Below, piece after piece: positions 31,469-42,640 of a stretch of DNA of 64,000 nt. Made by a program: the position numbers and the translations under genes. Within the stretch, counting starts at the first letter, position 1; the number at the start of each line of letters is the position of its first letter. The stretch spans positions 41,146-105,145 of the forward strand of contig JBNKUM010000118.1 in the NCBI GenBank assembly GCA_050298595.1, given 5' to 3'. Under the pieces are notes generated by a model. It did not search any database. It had not been told where the DNA came from and was given only the letters and a program-made list of their open reading frames with translations. This stretch comes from Gammaproteobacteria bacterium (GTDB lineage Bacteria; Pseudomonadota; Gammaproteobacteria; GCA-001735895).

Positions 31469-32419
31469 ATGTCACAAAAAATCAATGTTGCTGTAATCGG
31501 CGTCGGCCATCTGGGTAAGTGGCATGCAGATAAATATGCTGCGTCTGAAGATTGTAACCTGGTCGCTGTGGTAGATACCGATCTGGATGCCGCCCGCGCC
31601 GTTGCCGACAAGCATGGTGCCGAAGCCGTCACCGATTATCAAGCGATTTTAGCTCGAATCGATGCCGTCAGTCTGGTGGTGCCCACCAGCGTGCATTACC
31701 CGATTGCGAAGGACTGCCTGGAAGCAGGAATTCACTGCCTGATCGAAAAACCCATCACCGAAACTGTAGAACAGGCACAAACCCTGATCGACATAGCCAA
31801 AGCCAAGAACCTGACACTACAGGTCGGGCATATCGAACGCTTTAACTCGGTGATGATGGATATAGATGATATTCTGGATAAACCACAGTTCATGGAATCC
31901 ACCCGTCTGGCACCCTTTACCCCACGTGCTACCGATGTCAGTGTTATCCTTGATTTAATGATCCACGATATCGATATCATCCTCGATTTGATCGATAGCC
32001 CGATCAGGCATATCTCAGCTAGTGGCATCTCGGTGCTATCCGATGAAATCGATATCGCGAATGCCAGACTGGAGTTTGAAAGTGGTTGTGTTGCCAATGT
32101 CACCGCCAGCCGCATTAGCCGTAAGCGTGAACGCAAGCTACGTATCTTCCAGAAAGACGCTTACATCTCAGCTGACTTCCAGGAAAAGATTCTGGCAGTG
32201 AATCGTAAGGGCGATGAAAAAACAGAAAGCGGCTTTCATGATATTACCCACAATGAAAAAACCTATCAGGATACCGATGCCCTGAATCTGGAAGTGCTGG
32301 ATTTCATCCGCGCGATCAAAACCGGCAATTCACCCAAGGTAACCGGTGAAGATGGTAAACGCGCCTTGCAGGCAGCTAGTGAAATCACCCGACTGATAAG
32401 AGCTTCAGTGACCCAATAA
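31469..32419 (+). CDS. gnnA: Gfo/Idh/MocA oxidoreductase, probable UDP-GlcNAc 3-dehydrogenase
   Basis: GVGHLGKWHA, IEKP, VGHIERFN, RATDVSVILDLMIHDID, ARLEF.SGCVANVTASRIS; upstream of a DegT aminotransferase and lpxB. Confidence 0.72.
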   Translation: MSQKINVAVIGVGHLGKWHADKYAASEDCNLVAVVDTDLDAARAVADKHGAEAVTDYQAILARIDAVSLVVPTSVHYPIAKDCLEAGIHCLIEKPITETVEQAQTLIDIAKAKNLTLQVGHIERFNSVMMDIDDILDKPQFMESTRLAPFTPRATDVSVILDLMIHDIDIILDLIDSPIRHISASGISVLSDEIDIANARLEFESGCVANVTASRISRKRERKLRIFQKDAYISADFQEKILAVNRKGDEKTESGFHDITHNEKTYQDTDALNLEVLDFIRAIKTGNSPKVTGEDGKRALQAASEITRLIRASVTQ

Positions 32420-32495
32420 CCCATTTAAACCCTGCAGGGTCTTCACAGTATTAGCTGACTTTGCAGGAATATATTTTTTTTAAAAGGTAAATACT

Positions 32496-33587
32496 ATGCC
32501 AATACCTATGGTCGACCTGAAAGGTCAATACGAAACCCTGAAACCCGAAATCGATGCCGCTATAATCCAGGCACTGGGTGAAACTCGCTATATCCTGGGC
32601 CCAAACGTACAGGCCTTTGAACAGGAAGCGGCTGATTACCTGGGCGTCAAACACGCGATTAGCTGCGCCTCTGGCACCGATGCACTTCATCTGGCGCTGC
32701 TTGCTGCAGGTATTAAAGCGGGTGATGAGGTGATTACTACCGCTTTCACTTTCATTGCGACTGCAGAAGCCATCCGCTATGTGGGTGCGACACCGCTTTT
32801 CGTTGATATCCTTCCTGACACATTGAATATCGATCCACAGAAGATTCGTGAAGCTATCACACCTAAGACCACGGCTATCATCCCGGTACATATCTTCGGA
32901 CAACCAGCCGACATGGATGAAATCATGTCCATCGCCAATGAAAATAATCTAAAGGTAGTTGAGGATTGCGCACAGTCATTCGGCAGTCGTTATCACGGCA
33001 AGATGACTGGCTCTATCGGTGATCTGGGTGCATTCAGTTTTTTCCCAAGCAAAAATCTTGGCTGTTATGGTGACGGTGGACTAATCACTACCAACTCTGA
33101 TAGCTATGCTGAACAGATTAAGATTTACCGCAACCATGGCAGTAGCAAGCAATATCACCATGATGTCATCGGTTATAACAGCCGCCTGGACGAATTGCAG
33201 GCGGTTATCCTGCGCATCAAGCTAAAGCATATTGATGAGTACAATCAAAACCGTTTGAATGTAGCGAAAACCTATAATCGCCTGTTGGCTGATTCGGCCA
33301 TTATCACACCGAGTATTCCTGAAGATAGCGATCATATCTTTCATCAGTACACGGTACTGGCTGAAAACCGTGATCAGATAAAAGACCATGTGCTTTCGAA
33401 AGAGATTGCCAGTGCTGTGTATTACCCAGTGCCTCTGCATCAACAAAAGGCATTTGCTGACTCACCTAAGGTCTCTTTACCAGTAACCGAAGATATTTCT
33501 ACGCGCTGTGTTTCCTTTCCGGTATTTCCTGAAATGACCCAGCAACAGATTGAAACCGTTTGCCAGGCGATACTTGAAGTTGCCTAG
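32496..33587 (+). CDS. gnnB: DegT/DnrJ/EryC1/StrS aminotransferase, probable GnnB
   Basis: IPMVDLK, SGTDALHLAL, EDCAQSFG, SFFPSKNLG.YGDGG, GYNSRLDELQA; between gnnA-like gene and lpxB. Confidence 0.72.
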   Translation: MPIPMVDLKGQYETLKPEIDAAIIQALGETRYILGPNVQAFEQEAADYLGVKHAISCASGTDALHLALLAAGIKAGDEVITTAFTFIATAEAIRYVGATPLFVDILPDTLNIDPQKIREAITPKTTAIIPVHIFGQPADMDEIMSIANENNLKVVEDCAQSFGSRYHGKMTGSIGDLGAFSFFPSKNLGCYGDGGLITTNSDSYAEQIKIYRNHGSSKQYHHDVIGYNSRLDELQAVILRIKLKHIDEYNQNRLNVAKTYNRLLADSAIITPSIPEDSDHIFHQYTVLAENRDQIKDHVLSKEIASAVYYPVPLHQQKAFADSPKVSLPVTEDISTRCVSFPVFPEMTQQQIETVCQAILEVA

Positions 33588-33594
33588 TTATTCC

Positions 33595-34743
33595 ATGAGC
33601 CAGAAACACGCCCCTCATGTCATGCTGCTAGCCGGTGAAGCCTCCGGCGATGCACATGGCGCCGAAGTCGTTGAAGCCATGAAGCAACTGAACCCGGATG
33701 TACATTTTTCCGGCATGGGCAGCACCGAATTAAAACGTGCTGGAGTCGATGTATTCTTTGACTCCGCCAGCATTGCCGTAGTCGGCATCGTTGAAGTGTT
33801 AAAACACTGGGGCGAAATTAAGCAGGCGATGGAGCTGGTTAAAAACAAGCTGGAAACCACCCGCCCTGACCTGCTGGTATTAATCGATTACCCAGAATTC
33901 AATCTCAAGATGGCGCGGCATGCCAGGTCTCTGGGCATCAAGGTACTGTTTTATATCAGCCCTCAGGTGTGGGCCTGGCGTCCCAAACGTATTCATAAGA
34001 TCGGACAGTCCATCGACCACATGGCAGTGCTGTTCAAGTTTGAGGCCGAATATTACCAACGCGCCAATATTCCTGTTACTTTTGTAGGCCACCCTCTGGT
34101 TGACAAGGTAAAAACCAGTCCCCATGTTGCTCAGCAACGTGAAAGTATTAATGTCGCGCAAGATCAGAAACTGATTGGTCTGTTTCCCGGTAGCCGTAAA
34201 AGTGAAATACATCGTCTATTACCGCTGATGCTGGAAACCGCTGCACGCATGCAGAAACATGATAAAAATCTGGTTTTTGTTATGCCGGTGGCAGCCTCGC
34301 TGGATTATGCGGCTATTAAAGCGCAATGCGAGCAGTCTGGTATCGATATCAGACTCACCCGAGAAAATATTTACGATGTCATCGCCAGTTGTGACGCAAT
34401 CGTCTCCTGCTCAGGTACGGTTACTCTTGAGATCGCCCTGTTAGGGGTTCCATTATGTATTGTTTACAAAATGTCCTGGCTTTCCTATCAGATCATGAGC
34501 CGCCTGATCACCATCCCTCATATTGGTCTGGCCAATATCGTTGCTAATAAACATATTGTGAAGGAATTCCTTCAGGATGAAGCAAGCAGTGAAAATATAG
34601 CCAATGAACTCTTTCGCTTGCTGAATGATACTTCTTATCGACAGCAGGTTATAACGGGATTGCAGGAAGTAAAAGTTAACCTGGGTATGGGAGAAGGCTC
34701 CAAAAATATGGCAGAGCTCATTTTACGCACACTGGATAATTAA
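33595..34743 (+). CDS. lpxB: lipid A disaccharide synthase
   Basis: AGEASGD, IDYPEFN, YISPQVWAWR, FVGHPL, PGSRKSE, SGTVTLE, IGLANI. Confidence 0.95.
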   Translation: MSQKHAPHVMLLAGEASGDAHGAEVVEAMKQLNPDVHFSGMGSTELKRAGVDVFFDSASIAVVGIVEVLKHWGEIKQAMELVKNKLETTRPDLLVLIDYPEFNLKMARHARSLGIKVLFYISPQVWAWRPKRIHKIGQSIDHMAVLFKFEAEYYQRANIPVTFVGHPLVDKVKTSPHVAQQRESINVAQDQKLIGLFPGSRKSEIHRLLPLMLETAARMQKHDKNLVFVMPVAASLDYAAIKAQCEQSGIDIRLTRENIYDVIASCDAIVSCSGTVTLEIALLGVPLCIVYKMSWLSYQIMSRLITIPHIGLANIVANKHIVKEFLQDEASSENIANELFRLLNDTSYRQQVITGLQEVKVNLGMGEGSKNMAELILRTLDN

Positions 34744-34875
34744 TGGTCCCGCAAAAATTATAAAAAATTCCACATAAACTATATACTGGTTAAGTTCTTT
34801 AATGTTATGCCGAAATAGTTAAATCTGAATCCGAGATTTCAGATTGAAATTAACCAATATTGTGGGGTATGTTTT

Positions 34876-36579
34876 ATGCAAGCCTATAAGGCATTGTTTT
34901 TTGCTTTTATACTGACAGTAGTTGCCCAGCTTTTTGCCACGCTTCTTGTTCTATGGATATCAGGTGGGGACATCTCGCAGTGGTTGATGTACTTCCTGAG
35001 TGCTTTATTTGCAACCATGACAGGTGCAATTTACTTCTACCAGAGCACCAACAAACCCATTAATCTCGCATTAAAGCTTATTAATTGTCGATTCAAGGAT
35101 GCGGGGAAAGATAGTCAGCAAATGCAGCAACAACTAAAAGCTCTGCTGCAATCGCATTCTGAGTTACTTGGCGATATCTCCCTGCTGGATACTACACTGA
35201 ATAACTTTGATATTACCGCACAAAGTCTGTCAAAAACATCCAGTCGTAGTGCTATTTCCGCTGCTGAAGTTTCATTTTCTGTGAGTGAGCTACGGAAAAA
35301 ACTGGAAATTCAGGCGAATGCCATTACCCAACTGGTAGAGTCCTTTAAACAGATTACCGACAGCGGGCAGCAGGTTGCCGAACGTTGTTCTTCAGCCAGT
35401 GATTATTCGCGTCAGGCCTATAAGGACAGCACTGAAAGCAAGGATGTATTGCATGCAACACACGATAAAATTAGTTTGATCCTGAAAAATACTGAAAAGG
35501 TATATGGATTGATTGAAGCACTGGGTCAAAATTCAGACAAGATCAAGGACGTAACACAGGTTATCGAAGACATCGCCAACCAAACCAATCTGTTGGCACT
35601 CAATGCCGCCATAGAAGCTGCTCGCGCCGGTGATATGGGCCGTGGATTTGCAGTCGTTGCCGACGAAGTACGCAACCTGGCGGCAAGAACTTCTGAAGCT
35701 ACCAACGAAGTCGGTAAAATTATAGAACATAACCACAATGAAACTTCTGAGGTGGTGATCTTATTTAAAAACCTGGCCGAGGAATTACAACAGGGAACTC
35801 AATACATCAAGGATATTGAAGACATTCTGGGTGCTGTATCAGAAAAAGTTGCCAATGTGGAAGACCACATTTCAGAGATGGCTTCGCATGCTGCTGAAAA
35901 TCATAAGCATATGCAGGATATCACTCAATCGATCAGCACTCTGGATGGAGAAATCTGCGAAAGCAGGGATCACATTCAACAACTGGATGATGAAGCAGAA
36001 CGATTTACTGATCTGGCAGAGCAGGCAAACTCAGCATTAGCAGAATTGAATATTCAGGGCATACATCAGAAAGTATTTCATATTGCCAGTAACGCCGCAG
36101 AGAACATTCAGGCTCGATTTGAAAAAGCTATCCGCCAGGGTGAGATTAGTGAAACTGATCTGTTTGATCGTAATTATGAGAAAATAGCCCATACCAACCC
36201 ACAGAAATATGCAAGCCGATTTGATCGATTTACCGATCAGGTACTACCGCAAATTCAGGAAGATATCTTACTCAACCATCAGTTTCTGGCTTTTGCAATC
36301 ACTACCGACGATCATGCCTATGTGCCCACACATAACAACAAATTCTGCAAACCACTAACCGGTGACCCAGAAAAAGACCTGATTGGAAATCGCACCAAAC
36401 GTCTATTTAACGACAAAACCGGAGCTCGTTGCGGCAGTCATACTCAAAAGTTACTGCTGCAAACCTATAAACGTGATACCGGTGAAGTAATGCACGACCT
36501 GTCTGTACCGGTTTATGTCAACGGCAGGCATTGGGGTGGTTTTCGAGTTGGTTATACCAGCGATGCTATATTTATTTAA
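34876..36579 (+). CDS. methyl-accepting chemotaxis protein with an extra C-terminal domain
   Basis: Two N-terminal TMs; [20 protein letters not shown]...[15 protein letters not shown]; C-terminal YVPTHN...[18 protein letters not shown]...GRHWG. Confidence 0.9.
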   Translation: MQAYKALFFAFILTVVAQLFATLLVLWISGGDISQWLMYFLSALFATMTGAIYFYQSTNKPINLALKLINCRFKDAGKDSQQMQQQLKALLQSHSELLGDISLLDTTLNNFDITAQSLSKTSSRSAISAAEVSFSVSELRKKLEIQANAITQLVESFKQITDSGQQVAERCSSASDYSRQAYKDSTESKDVLHATHDKISLILKNTEKVYGLIEALGQNSDKIKDVTQVIEDIANQTNLLALNAAIEAARAGDMGRGFAVVADEVRNLAARTSEATNEVGKIIEHNHNETSEVVILFKNLAEELQQGTQYIKDIEDILGAVSEKVANVEDHISEMASHAAENHKHMQDITQSISTLDGEICESRDHIQQLDDEAERFTDLAEQANSALAELNIQGIHQKVFHIASNAAENIQARFEKAIRQGEISETDLFDRNYEKIAHTNPQKYASRFDRFTDQVLPQIQEDILLNHQFLAFAITTDDHAYVPTHNNKFCKPLTGDPEKDLIGNRTKRLFNDKTGARCGSHTQKLLLQTYKRDTGEVMHDLSVPVYVNGRHWGGFRVGYTSDAIFI

Positions 36580-38053
36580 ACTTAAGCCTGTAGCCAAGCT
36601 TTAAAATTTCGATACATTCCTGAGTAAGATCAGCATGGGTTAATGGATGTTTATCCAGATACCCTTTGCTGAATTTCAGCTTGAATAACTTCTTGGCATA
36701 TTTGATTTTAACCAGACGTGTACTATCAAAATCTCGACTTCGCTCAAGGATGATTGCAATACGTAACAGGCATAAAACTAACAGTATCTTTTTATTCAGA
36801 CGTGGAAATTCTTCAACCAGGTGAATTTTGATCTTGCCACGTTGTAAGCGTAATAACAGCCCAAGAGTATTTTGCATCTCGCGCGAAAAACCCGGCATAT
36901 CTGATTGTTCAATAATATATCCACTATGATCTGGATAGTTAGTGTGTGAGATTGATAAACCGACTTCATGCAGTTTGCAGCTCCATAATAACAATAAGCG
37001 CTGCTGCTCTTCAGTCTCAATATCCAGTTGATCGTACAGATGCATTGCGCTGCTGCAAATGCGCCCTGACTGGGCCACATCGATCTGGTAACGTAATTCA
37101 AAATCACGTACGGTATCTATTCGGATATCATGGCCGCCAGCGGTTTCTATCATGTCATTTAACAGGCCTTCTCGCAGTGCGCCTTCTGACGCCAGCATGG
37201 ATTCAATCTGAAATTCTTCAAATGCAGCAATCAAAACACACAAGCCACCAATAATGACCGGTGCGCGGTTTTCCGATAAGCCCGGCAAAATGACATGGTC
37301 TATATGCCCTGCCCTGGCCCACAACTCACTGAGTTGTTTAAGGTGTGAATAATCGATTAAGCCCTGTGTGCCGTAATTCTCGGTTAGAATTCTGGCAATG
37401 GTTTTTATAGTACCGGATGAACCAATACACTCCTGCCAACCATGCGCCATATATTCATCACTAATCCATTCCAGTTTGCGACGACAGTCAATGACAGCAC
37501 ACTGGATCAAGGTTTCGCTGATTACACCGTCGGCAAACCATTTCTTGGTCGTGGTTACACAGCCCATATTCAGGCTTTCCATCATGATCGGCTGGTAAGC
37601 CTGGCCTATGATAAATTCTGTACTACCACCACCGATATCAATGACCAGACGATAATCTTCGGTTTGAGCCAGGCTATGCGCAACCCCCTGATAAACCAGA
37701 CGCGCTTCTTCTCGACCAGCAACAATACTAATAGGGAACCCCAGAGCCTGTTCAGCGCGGGAAAGAAAGGAGGCAGAGTTACGTGCCCGGCGTAGGGTAT
37801 TGGTACCAACAGCTATGACATTCTCTGCTGGCAAATCCTTAATGCGTTGACCGAATCTGCTCAGGCATTGCAAAGCCTGCTCCATTTTTTCTTCGGATAA
37901 AACATTTTTTGCGTCAAGACCTGCTGCCAGGCGTACCATTTCCTTTATCGCATCAATAGTTTGCGGCTGGTTATTCTGTAACCTGGCAACAACCATGTGA
38001 AAACTGTTCGACCCCAGATCGATAGCAGCCAGTTGGCGTTTGGTATTGATCAT
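36572..38053 (-). CDS. ppx: exopolyphosphatase (Ppx/GppA)
   Basis: [38 protein letters not shown]. Confidence 0.92.
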   Translation of the reverse strand: MINTKRQLAAIDLGSNSFHMVVARLQNNQPQTIDAIKEMVRLAAGLDAKNVLSEEKMEQALQCLSRFGQRIKDLPAENVIAVGTNTLRRARNSASFLSRAEQALGFPISIVAGREEARLVYQGVAHSLAQTEDYRLVIDIGGGSTEFIIGQAYQPIMMESLNMGCVTTTKKWFADGVISETLIQCAVIDCRRKLEWISDEYMAHGWQECIGSSGTIKTIARILTENYGTQGLIDYSHLKQLSELWARAGHIDHVILPGLSENRAPVIIGGLCVLIAAFEEFQIESMLASEGALREGLLNDMIETAGGHDIRIDTVRDFELRYQIDVAQSGRICSSAMHLYDQLDIETEEQQRLLLLWSCKLHEVGLSISHTNYPDHSGYIIEQSDMPGFSREMQNTLGLLLRLQRGKIKIHLVEEFPRLNKKILLVLCLLRIAIILERSRDFDSTRLVKIKYAKKLFKLKFSKGYLDKHPLTHADLTQECIEILKLGYRLKFK

Positions 38054-38056
38054 ATA

Positions 38057-40258
38057 TTATCGATTTCTGTTTTTTCGCAAGCTACTGCGGTAGTTCATTT
38101 TTTTATGTGCCCGAGCTGACTTACTGCGCTGATTGGCCAGTTGCACCATCTTATCCTGTGCACTAAGTCCATCTTCAACACTGCCTGATCGACGAATATA
38201 GCTGCCGTCTGCTTGCATATCCCAGGCAGAAATCGGGTCATTCAAACAGGAATTTAATATACTGCGACATTCTTCGCGGTGTACATCTTCTTCCACCGGG
38301 GTAATGACTTCCACCCGGTGTTCCAGGTTACGCGTCATTAAATCGGCTGAACCGATATAGAACTCTTCAACGCCCCCATTTCTGAAATAATAGATTCGAC
38401 TATGTTCCAGAAACCGGCCAACAATGCTGACTACTGAGATATTATCTGATAAGCCCTTGATCCCAGGTCTAATACGGCAGGTATCACGTATAATCAATTC
38501 CACTTTGACCCCTTGCATAGAGGCAAGATACAGCTCACGACAGATATCAACATCTTCCAGTGCATTTGCCTTAAAACGAATCAAGCCCTGAGTTTTACCT
38601 TTATGGTGTTTTATTTCGCGCTGAATCTTACTGATCAGCGCTGCTTTCAATAATTTTGGAGCAGGAAGAATCTTCAGATAATTTCGTTTCGGTGTAAAAC
38701 CAGTGGTCAGATAATTGAATAATTCGGTTAAGTCACGACCAATTTCATCATTACAGGTCAGAATACCCACATCACTGTACAGGCGCGCAGTGCCTGCGTG
38801 ATAATTCCCGGTACCCAGATGGGCATAGCGCCTTAGCCCGGTATAATCCTTGCGCACTACCAGAATAACCTTGCAATGAGTCTTCAGCCCGACGACGCCG
38901 TAGGTCACGTGTATACCCGCTTCTTCCAGTCGGCTGGCCCAGATGATATTAGCGGCTTCGTCGAAACGTGCCTGTAACTCAACCACAACGGCTACCTGCT
39001 TGCCATTACGTGCTGCGGTAATCAGGTAGTCAATGATCTTGCTATCTTCTGAAGTACGATACAGTGTCATTTTAATCGCATGTACCTTGGGATCCTGACT
39101 GGCTTCTTTCAAAAAACGAATCACACTGGTCGCAAAAGATTCATAAGGATGAGTCAGGAATAACGATCCAGCATCCCTGATGGCATAGAATATACTTCGT
39201 GATGCACGTAGTTTGACATGATCTATGGGGCGATGTGGTTCATCGTGCAATTCGGGTTTATTGATCGAAACCAGTTGCATCAGGTCACGCATGCCCAACA
39301 TGCCTGGACCAGGAAAAGTATCCTGTTCTCCTTTCAAACCCAGTTCCGCTGACAACATGCCTCTGCGCCCTTCATCCATATCGTTATTTACCGATAAACG
39401 TACCACAGTGGCAAATTTTCGATTGCGTACTTCTGACTCTATGGATGCCAGTAAGTCATCTGCCTTTTCACGTGAGGTGCCAACATTGATATTTCTCACC
39501 ACACGAAATAGTTCGCAGGCTTCAATTTTCAGTTTGGGGAATAACAGGTCGAGGTTGTTCGACATCACGTCTTCAAGCTTGACGTATTTATGTTGCTTAC
39601 CCAGGTTTATGAATCGATCAATCCCCGACTCGCCACTAGGTACCTTGACCCTTGCCAATAGACTATCTTCACCTTCCGGATAGCGTAGTGTTACCAGCAA
39701 ATTAAGTGATAGATTTGAAATAAAGGGAAATGGGTGAGCGGGGTCTACAGATTGCGGGGTAACCAGAGGGAAAATATTCTGTATATAATACTCACGTAAT
39801 TCGGCCTGCTCTTCCAGTGTCAGATCATCATATCCACAGATATTGATCTCGTGTTCGGCGAGTAACTTTACCAGTTCCGGATAAATCTCACGGATACGAT
39901 CTTCCAGTTCGTTGACAATGACATAAGATTGCACAATCTGCTGGCTAGGGGTACGCCCGTCTACTGACAGCAGCTGAATATTTGCACCTAGTTGCTGTTT
40001 TAAGCCGCCGATACGTTTCATGAAAAACTCATCCAGGTTAGAATTCACGATCGCGATGAACTTTAGTCTCTCGAGCAGCGGGTTGTTTTCATTCTCCGCT
40101 TCAAAAAGAACGCGTCTATTAAATTCCAGCCACGAATATTCTCGATTCAGGTAATATTGCGGGTCAGACAAATCGAATTCAGTTACCGGCTCGGCAGCTT
40201 CCAGCGCTGGTTTTGCTGTGATTTCGGAGACTTCATCGGTAGGTTGGTTTAAAGACAT
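38057..40258 (-). CDS. ppk1: polyphosphate kinase 1
   Basis: NREYSWLEFNRRV, DPAHPFP, HPYESF, KMTLYR, ARFDE, KTHCK, GTGNY, GRFLEHSR. Confidence 0.96.
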   Translation of the reverse strand: MSLNQPTDEVSEITAKPALEAAEPVTEFDLSDPQYYLNREYSWLEFNRRVLFEAENENNPLLERLKFIAIVNSNLDEFFMKRIGGLKQQLGANIQLLSVDGRTPSQQIVQSYVIVNELEDRIREIYPELVKLLAEHEINICGYDDLTLEEQAELREYYIQNIFPLVTPQSVDPAHPFPFISNLSLNLLVTLRYPEGEDSLLARVKVPSGESGIDRFINLGKQHKYVKLEDVMSNNLDLLFPKLKIEACELFRVVRNINVGTSREKADDLLASIESEVRNRKFATVVRLSVNNDMDEGRRGMLSAELGLKGEQDTFPGPGMLGMRDLMQLVSINKPELHDEPHRPIDHVKLRASRSIFYAIRDAGSLFLTHPYESFATSVIRFLKEASQDPKVHAIKMTLYRTSEDSKIIDYLITAARNGKQVAVVVELQARFDEAANIIWASRLEEAGIHVTYGVVGLKTHCKVILVVRKDYTGLRRYAHLGTGNYHAGTARLYSDVGILTCNDEIGRDLTELFNYLTTGFTPKRNYLKILPAPKLLKAALISKIQREIKHHKGKTQGLIRFKANALEDVDICRELYLASMQGVKVELIIRDTCRIRPGIKGLSDNISVVSIVGRFLEHSRIYYFRNGGVEEFYIGSADLMTRNLEHRVEVITPVEEDVHREECRSILNSCLNDPISAWDMQADGSYIRRSGSVEDGLSAQDKMVQLANQRSKSARAHKKMNYRSSLRKNRNR

Positions 40259-40380
40259 TTGAATTCCTGGCGATATTTTTGGACTAGGTCATGTAAAATT
40301 AGATTCGCTACCCGTTAAGATTAAAGTATAAACGTTTTTTTTTCATTAATTTCATTCTCATAAATAACTCTTCTAATGTT

Positions 40381-40944
40381 ATGCCTCAAATATTAAATAA
40401 CGATTTGATTCCTGTTATTCTGATTGTTTTCGGTTTATTTTTCATTTTTTTCATCAATCGATCCCGCCTCTCGGGCTATTGGCTGAACCTGAAAACTCGC
40501 CGCTGCCTGGAACACCTGGGAGTGGATCAGATTACCAATGTTAAATGCCCGGATGGACTAGGGCACGAATTCAGCTTAGATCGGTTGATTCTGCGCCAAA
40601 ATGGCATATCCATACTGATATACAAAAAATACCCCGGAAAGATTTTCTGTGCCGACCATATAGATGAATGGACACAGATGCTGGGTCAGAAAAGCTATAC
40701 TTTTACAAACCCACTGTTTGAACTGGATTTTCAGATTAAGGCTCTGCAGGCCTGTATCCCCGGCATTGACATTGATGGCTACCTGTTTTTTGACCACAAT
40801 GCCGAATTTCCAAAAGGACACCCGCAACGGGTCATTCACCCTCAGCATATTCCACACAATCTTCATCGCCCTCAACATATCGAGATTGATCAAAAGATCA
40901 TACAGGCGTGGAATGATTTTAGATCTGATATGAAAACTGCATGA
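40381..40944 (+). CDS. membrane-anchored NERD-like domain protein
   Basis: N-terminal TM; LDRLIL..NGI....K.Y.G.I, WTQ, FTNPL, FPKGHP. Confidence 0.65.
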   Translation: MPQILNNDLIPVILIVFGLFFIFFINRSRLSGYWLNLKTRRCLEHLGVDQITNVKCPDGLGHEFSLDRLILRQNGISILIYKKYPGKIFCADHIDEWTQMLGQKSYTFTNPLFELDFQIKALQACIPGIDIDGYLFFDHNAEFPKGHPQRVIHPQHIPHNLHRPQHIEIDQKIIQAWNDFRSDMKTA

Positions 40945-42134
40945 CCCCTGACAGCAGGTTGAAAAATGTCTGGCAGCTATCCCTGGCCCAGGCATTAATG
41001 ATGTCGGTGAATACCCTTCTATTCACCCTGTCCGCCATCCTTGGATATGAGCTTGCTGATACCAAGTCACTGGCTACCCTGCCACTGGCTATTCAATTTT
41101 GCATTACCATGCTAACCAGTTTTCCTGCTTCTATGTTTATGAACCGTTATGGGCGCAAGGCCGGATTCATTCTCAGCTCATTTATAGGATTCGCAGGAAC
41201 GCTACTGGCCATTCTTGCGGTAAACGAACACTCTTTTGTTGTGTACTGCATGGCAACAGCACTGTTTGGCATTTACACTGGATTTGGCAATTATTATCGC
41301 TTTGTAGCAGTCGAGGTTTCACCTCCAGAAAAACGAAATAACGCGATTTCCTATGTACTCGCTGGCGGTGTCATAGCAGCAGTGGTTGGCCCTAATCTCG
41401 CCAATTACACCAGAGATCTTTTCAGCATCGCCTATATTGGTAGTTTTATAGCAGTATTTATCCTGTATGGATTTAACCTGCTCAATTTCTCCATAATGGA
41501 TTTACCCAAACCAGTAAACCGTTCAATACAGGACTACGCTCGTCCACTCAAAGAGATTATTGCACAGCCTGCTTATCTGGCAGCTCTGCTATCTGCCACT
41601 TTGGGGTATAGCATGATGTCGCTGTTGATGACTGCTACTCCTCTGGCGATGAAGCATCACGACATGGGCTTAGGCGATGTTGCTTTTGTCATTCAATGGC
41701 ACGTATTAGGTATGTTTGTGCCATCATTTTTTACTGGTCACCTAATGACCCGTTTTGGTATCGAACGCATTATGTTCATCGGCACCGTAGCGATCTTTGC
41801 TGCGATTACTATTAACCTGACTGGCAGCAGCATATGGAATTTCTGGCTGGCGTTACTGTTACTCGGCGTAGGTTGGAATTTCATGTTTATCGGTGGGACA
41901 ACCCTGCTAACAAAAACTTACACCGAAGTAGAAAAGGCAAAGGCTCAGGCTTTTAATGACTTTATCGTTTTCAGTGCAGTGACCTTGTCATCTCTTGGAG
42001 CGGGTGCTTTACAGTACCTGCTGGGGTGGTGGATGGTAAATTTCAGTGTCATACCCTGCGTACTGATCTGTATGATCTCTATCGCCCTGTATGACCTACA
42101 TAAACGCAGAGAGACTGCTCAGAATGTCTTTTAA
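40941..42134 (+). CDS. major facilitator superfamily transporter
   Basis: About 12 TM segments; RYGRKAGF, YRF, MTATPLAM, IQWHVLGMFVPSFFTG. Confidence 0.88.
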   Translation: MTPDSRLKNVWQLSLAQALMMSVNTLLFTLSAILGYELADTKSLATLPLAIQFCITMLTSFPASMFMNRYGRKAGFILSSFIGFAGTLLAILAVNEHSFVVYCMATALFGIYTGFGNYYRFVAVEVSPPEKRNNAISYVLAGGVIAAVVGPNLANYTRDLFSIAYIGSFIAVFILYGFNLLNFSIMDLPKPVNRSIQDYARPLKEIIAQPAYLAALLSATLGYSMMSLLMTATPLAMKHHDMGLGDVAFVIQWHVLGMFVPSFFTGHLMTRFGIERIMFIGTVAIFAAITINLTGSSIWNFWLALLLLGVGWNFMFIGGTTLLTKTYTEVEKAKAQAFNDFIVFSAVTLSSLGAGALQYLLGWWMVNFSVIPCVLICMISIALYDLHKRRETAQNVF

Positions 42135-42563
42135 CTCTGGGAACTGATCACCTTTTTTGTACAGATGAAACTGCGATTCACTCAACTCGATAATATATCG
42201 TGATGGGCGTGGTGCCCCATAAATTGGACAGTTAACGACTTTACAGGGCAGTAAAAGTTTAATATCGACAATCTCAGCCTGTTCATCCATCCATATAACG
42301 GTTAGCGGGATGAGGGTATTTTTCATCCAGAAACGATAATTGCCTGATTTCGGATAAACGAAAAGCATACCTTCATTATCAGCCAGTGACGCTCGATACA
42401 TTAAGCCCTGCTGTCGCCGTTCATTATTGTCTGCAATCTGTAATTGATAATGCCGCTGGTTCAGGTTGATAGACAGAATATCAAAGGACATTCCTGAGGC
42501 TAAAGGCGAGACAGAAAAAATCAGCAGGTATATTAAACTAAAAGCAGTTAGAAATATTTTCAT
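42096..42563 (-). CDS. DUF192-family protein
   Basis: RQQGLMYR, GMLFVY, FWMKNTLIPL. Confidence 0.85.
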   Translation of the reverse strand: MKIFLTAFSLIYLLIFSVSPLASGMSFDILSINLNQRHYQLQIADNNERRQQGLMYRASLADNEGMLFVYPKSGNYRFWMKNTLIPLTVIWMDEQAEIVDIKLLLPCKVVNCPIYGAPRPSRYIIELSESQFHLYKKGDQFPELKDILSSLSAFM

Positions 42564-42640
42564 CAGACTGTCTATGTGTGGATTGAGATAGAAGTATTGC
42601 CGCAATATAATGACTTCAAGCCGCCACTGCCTTAAAACGC

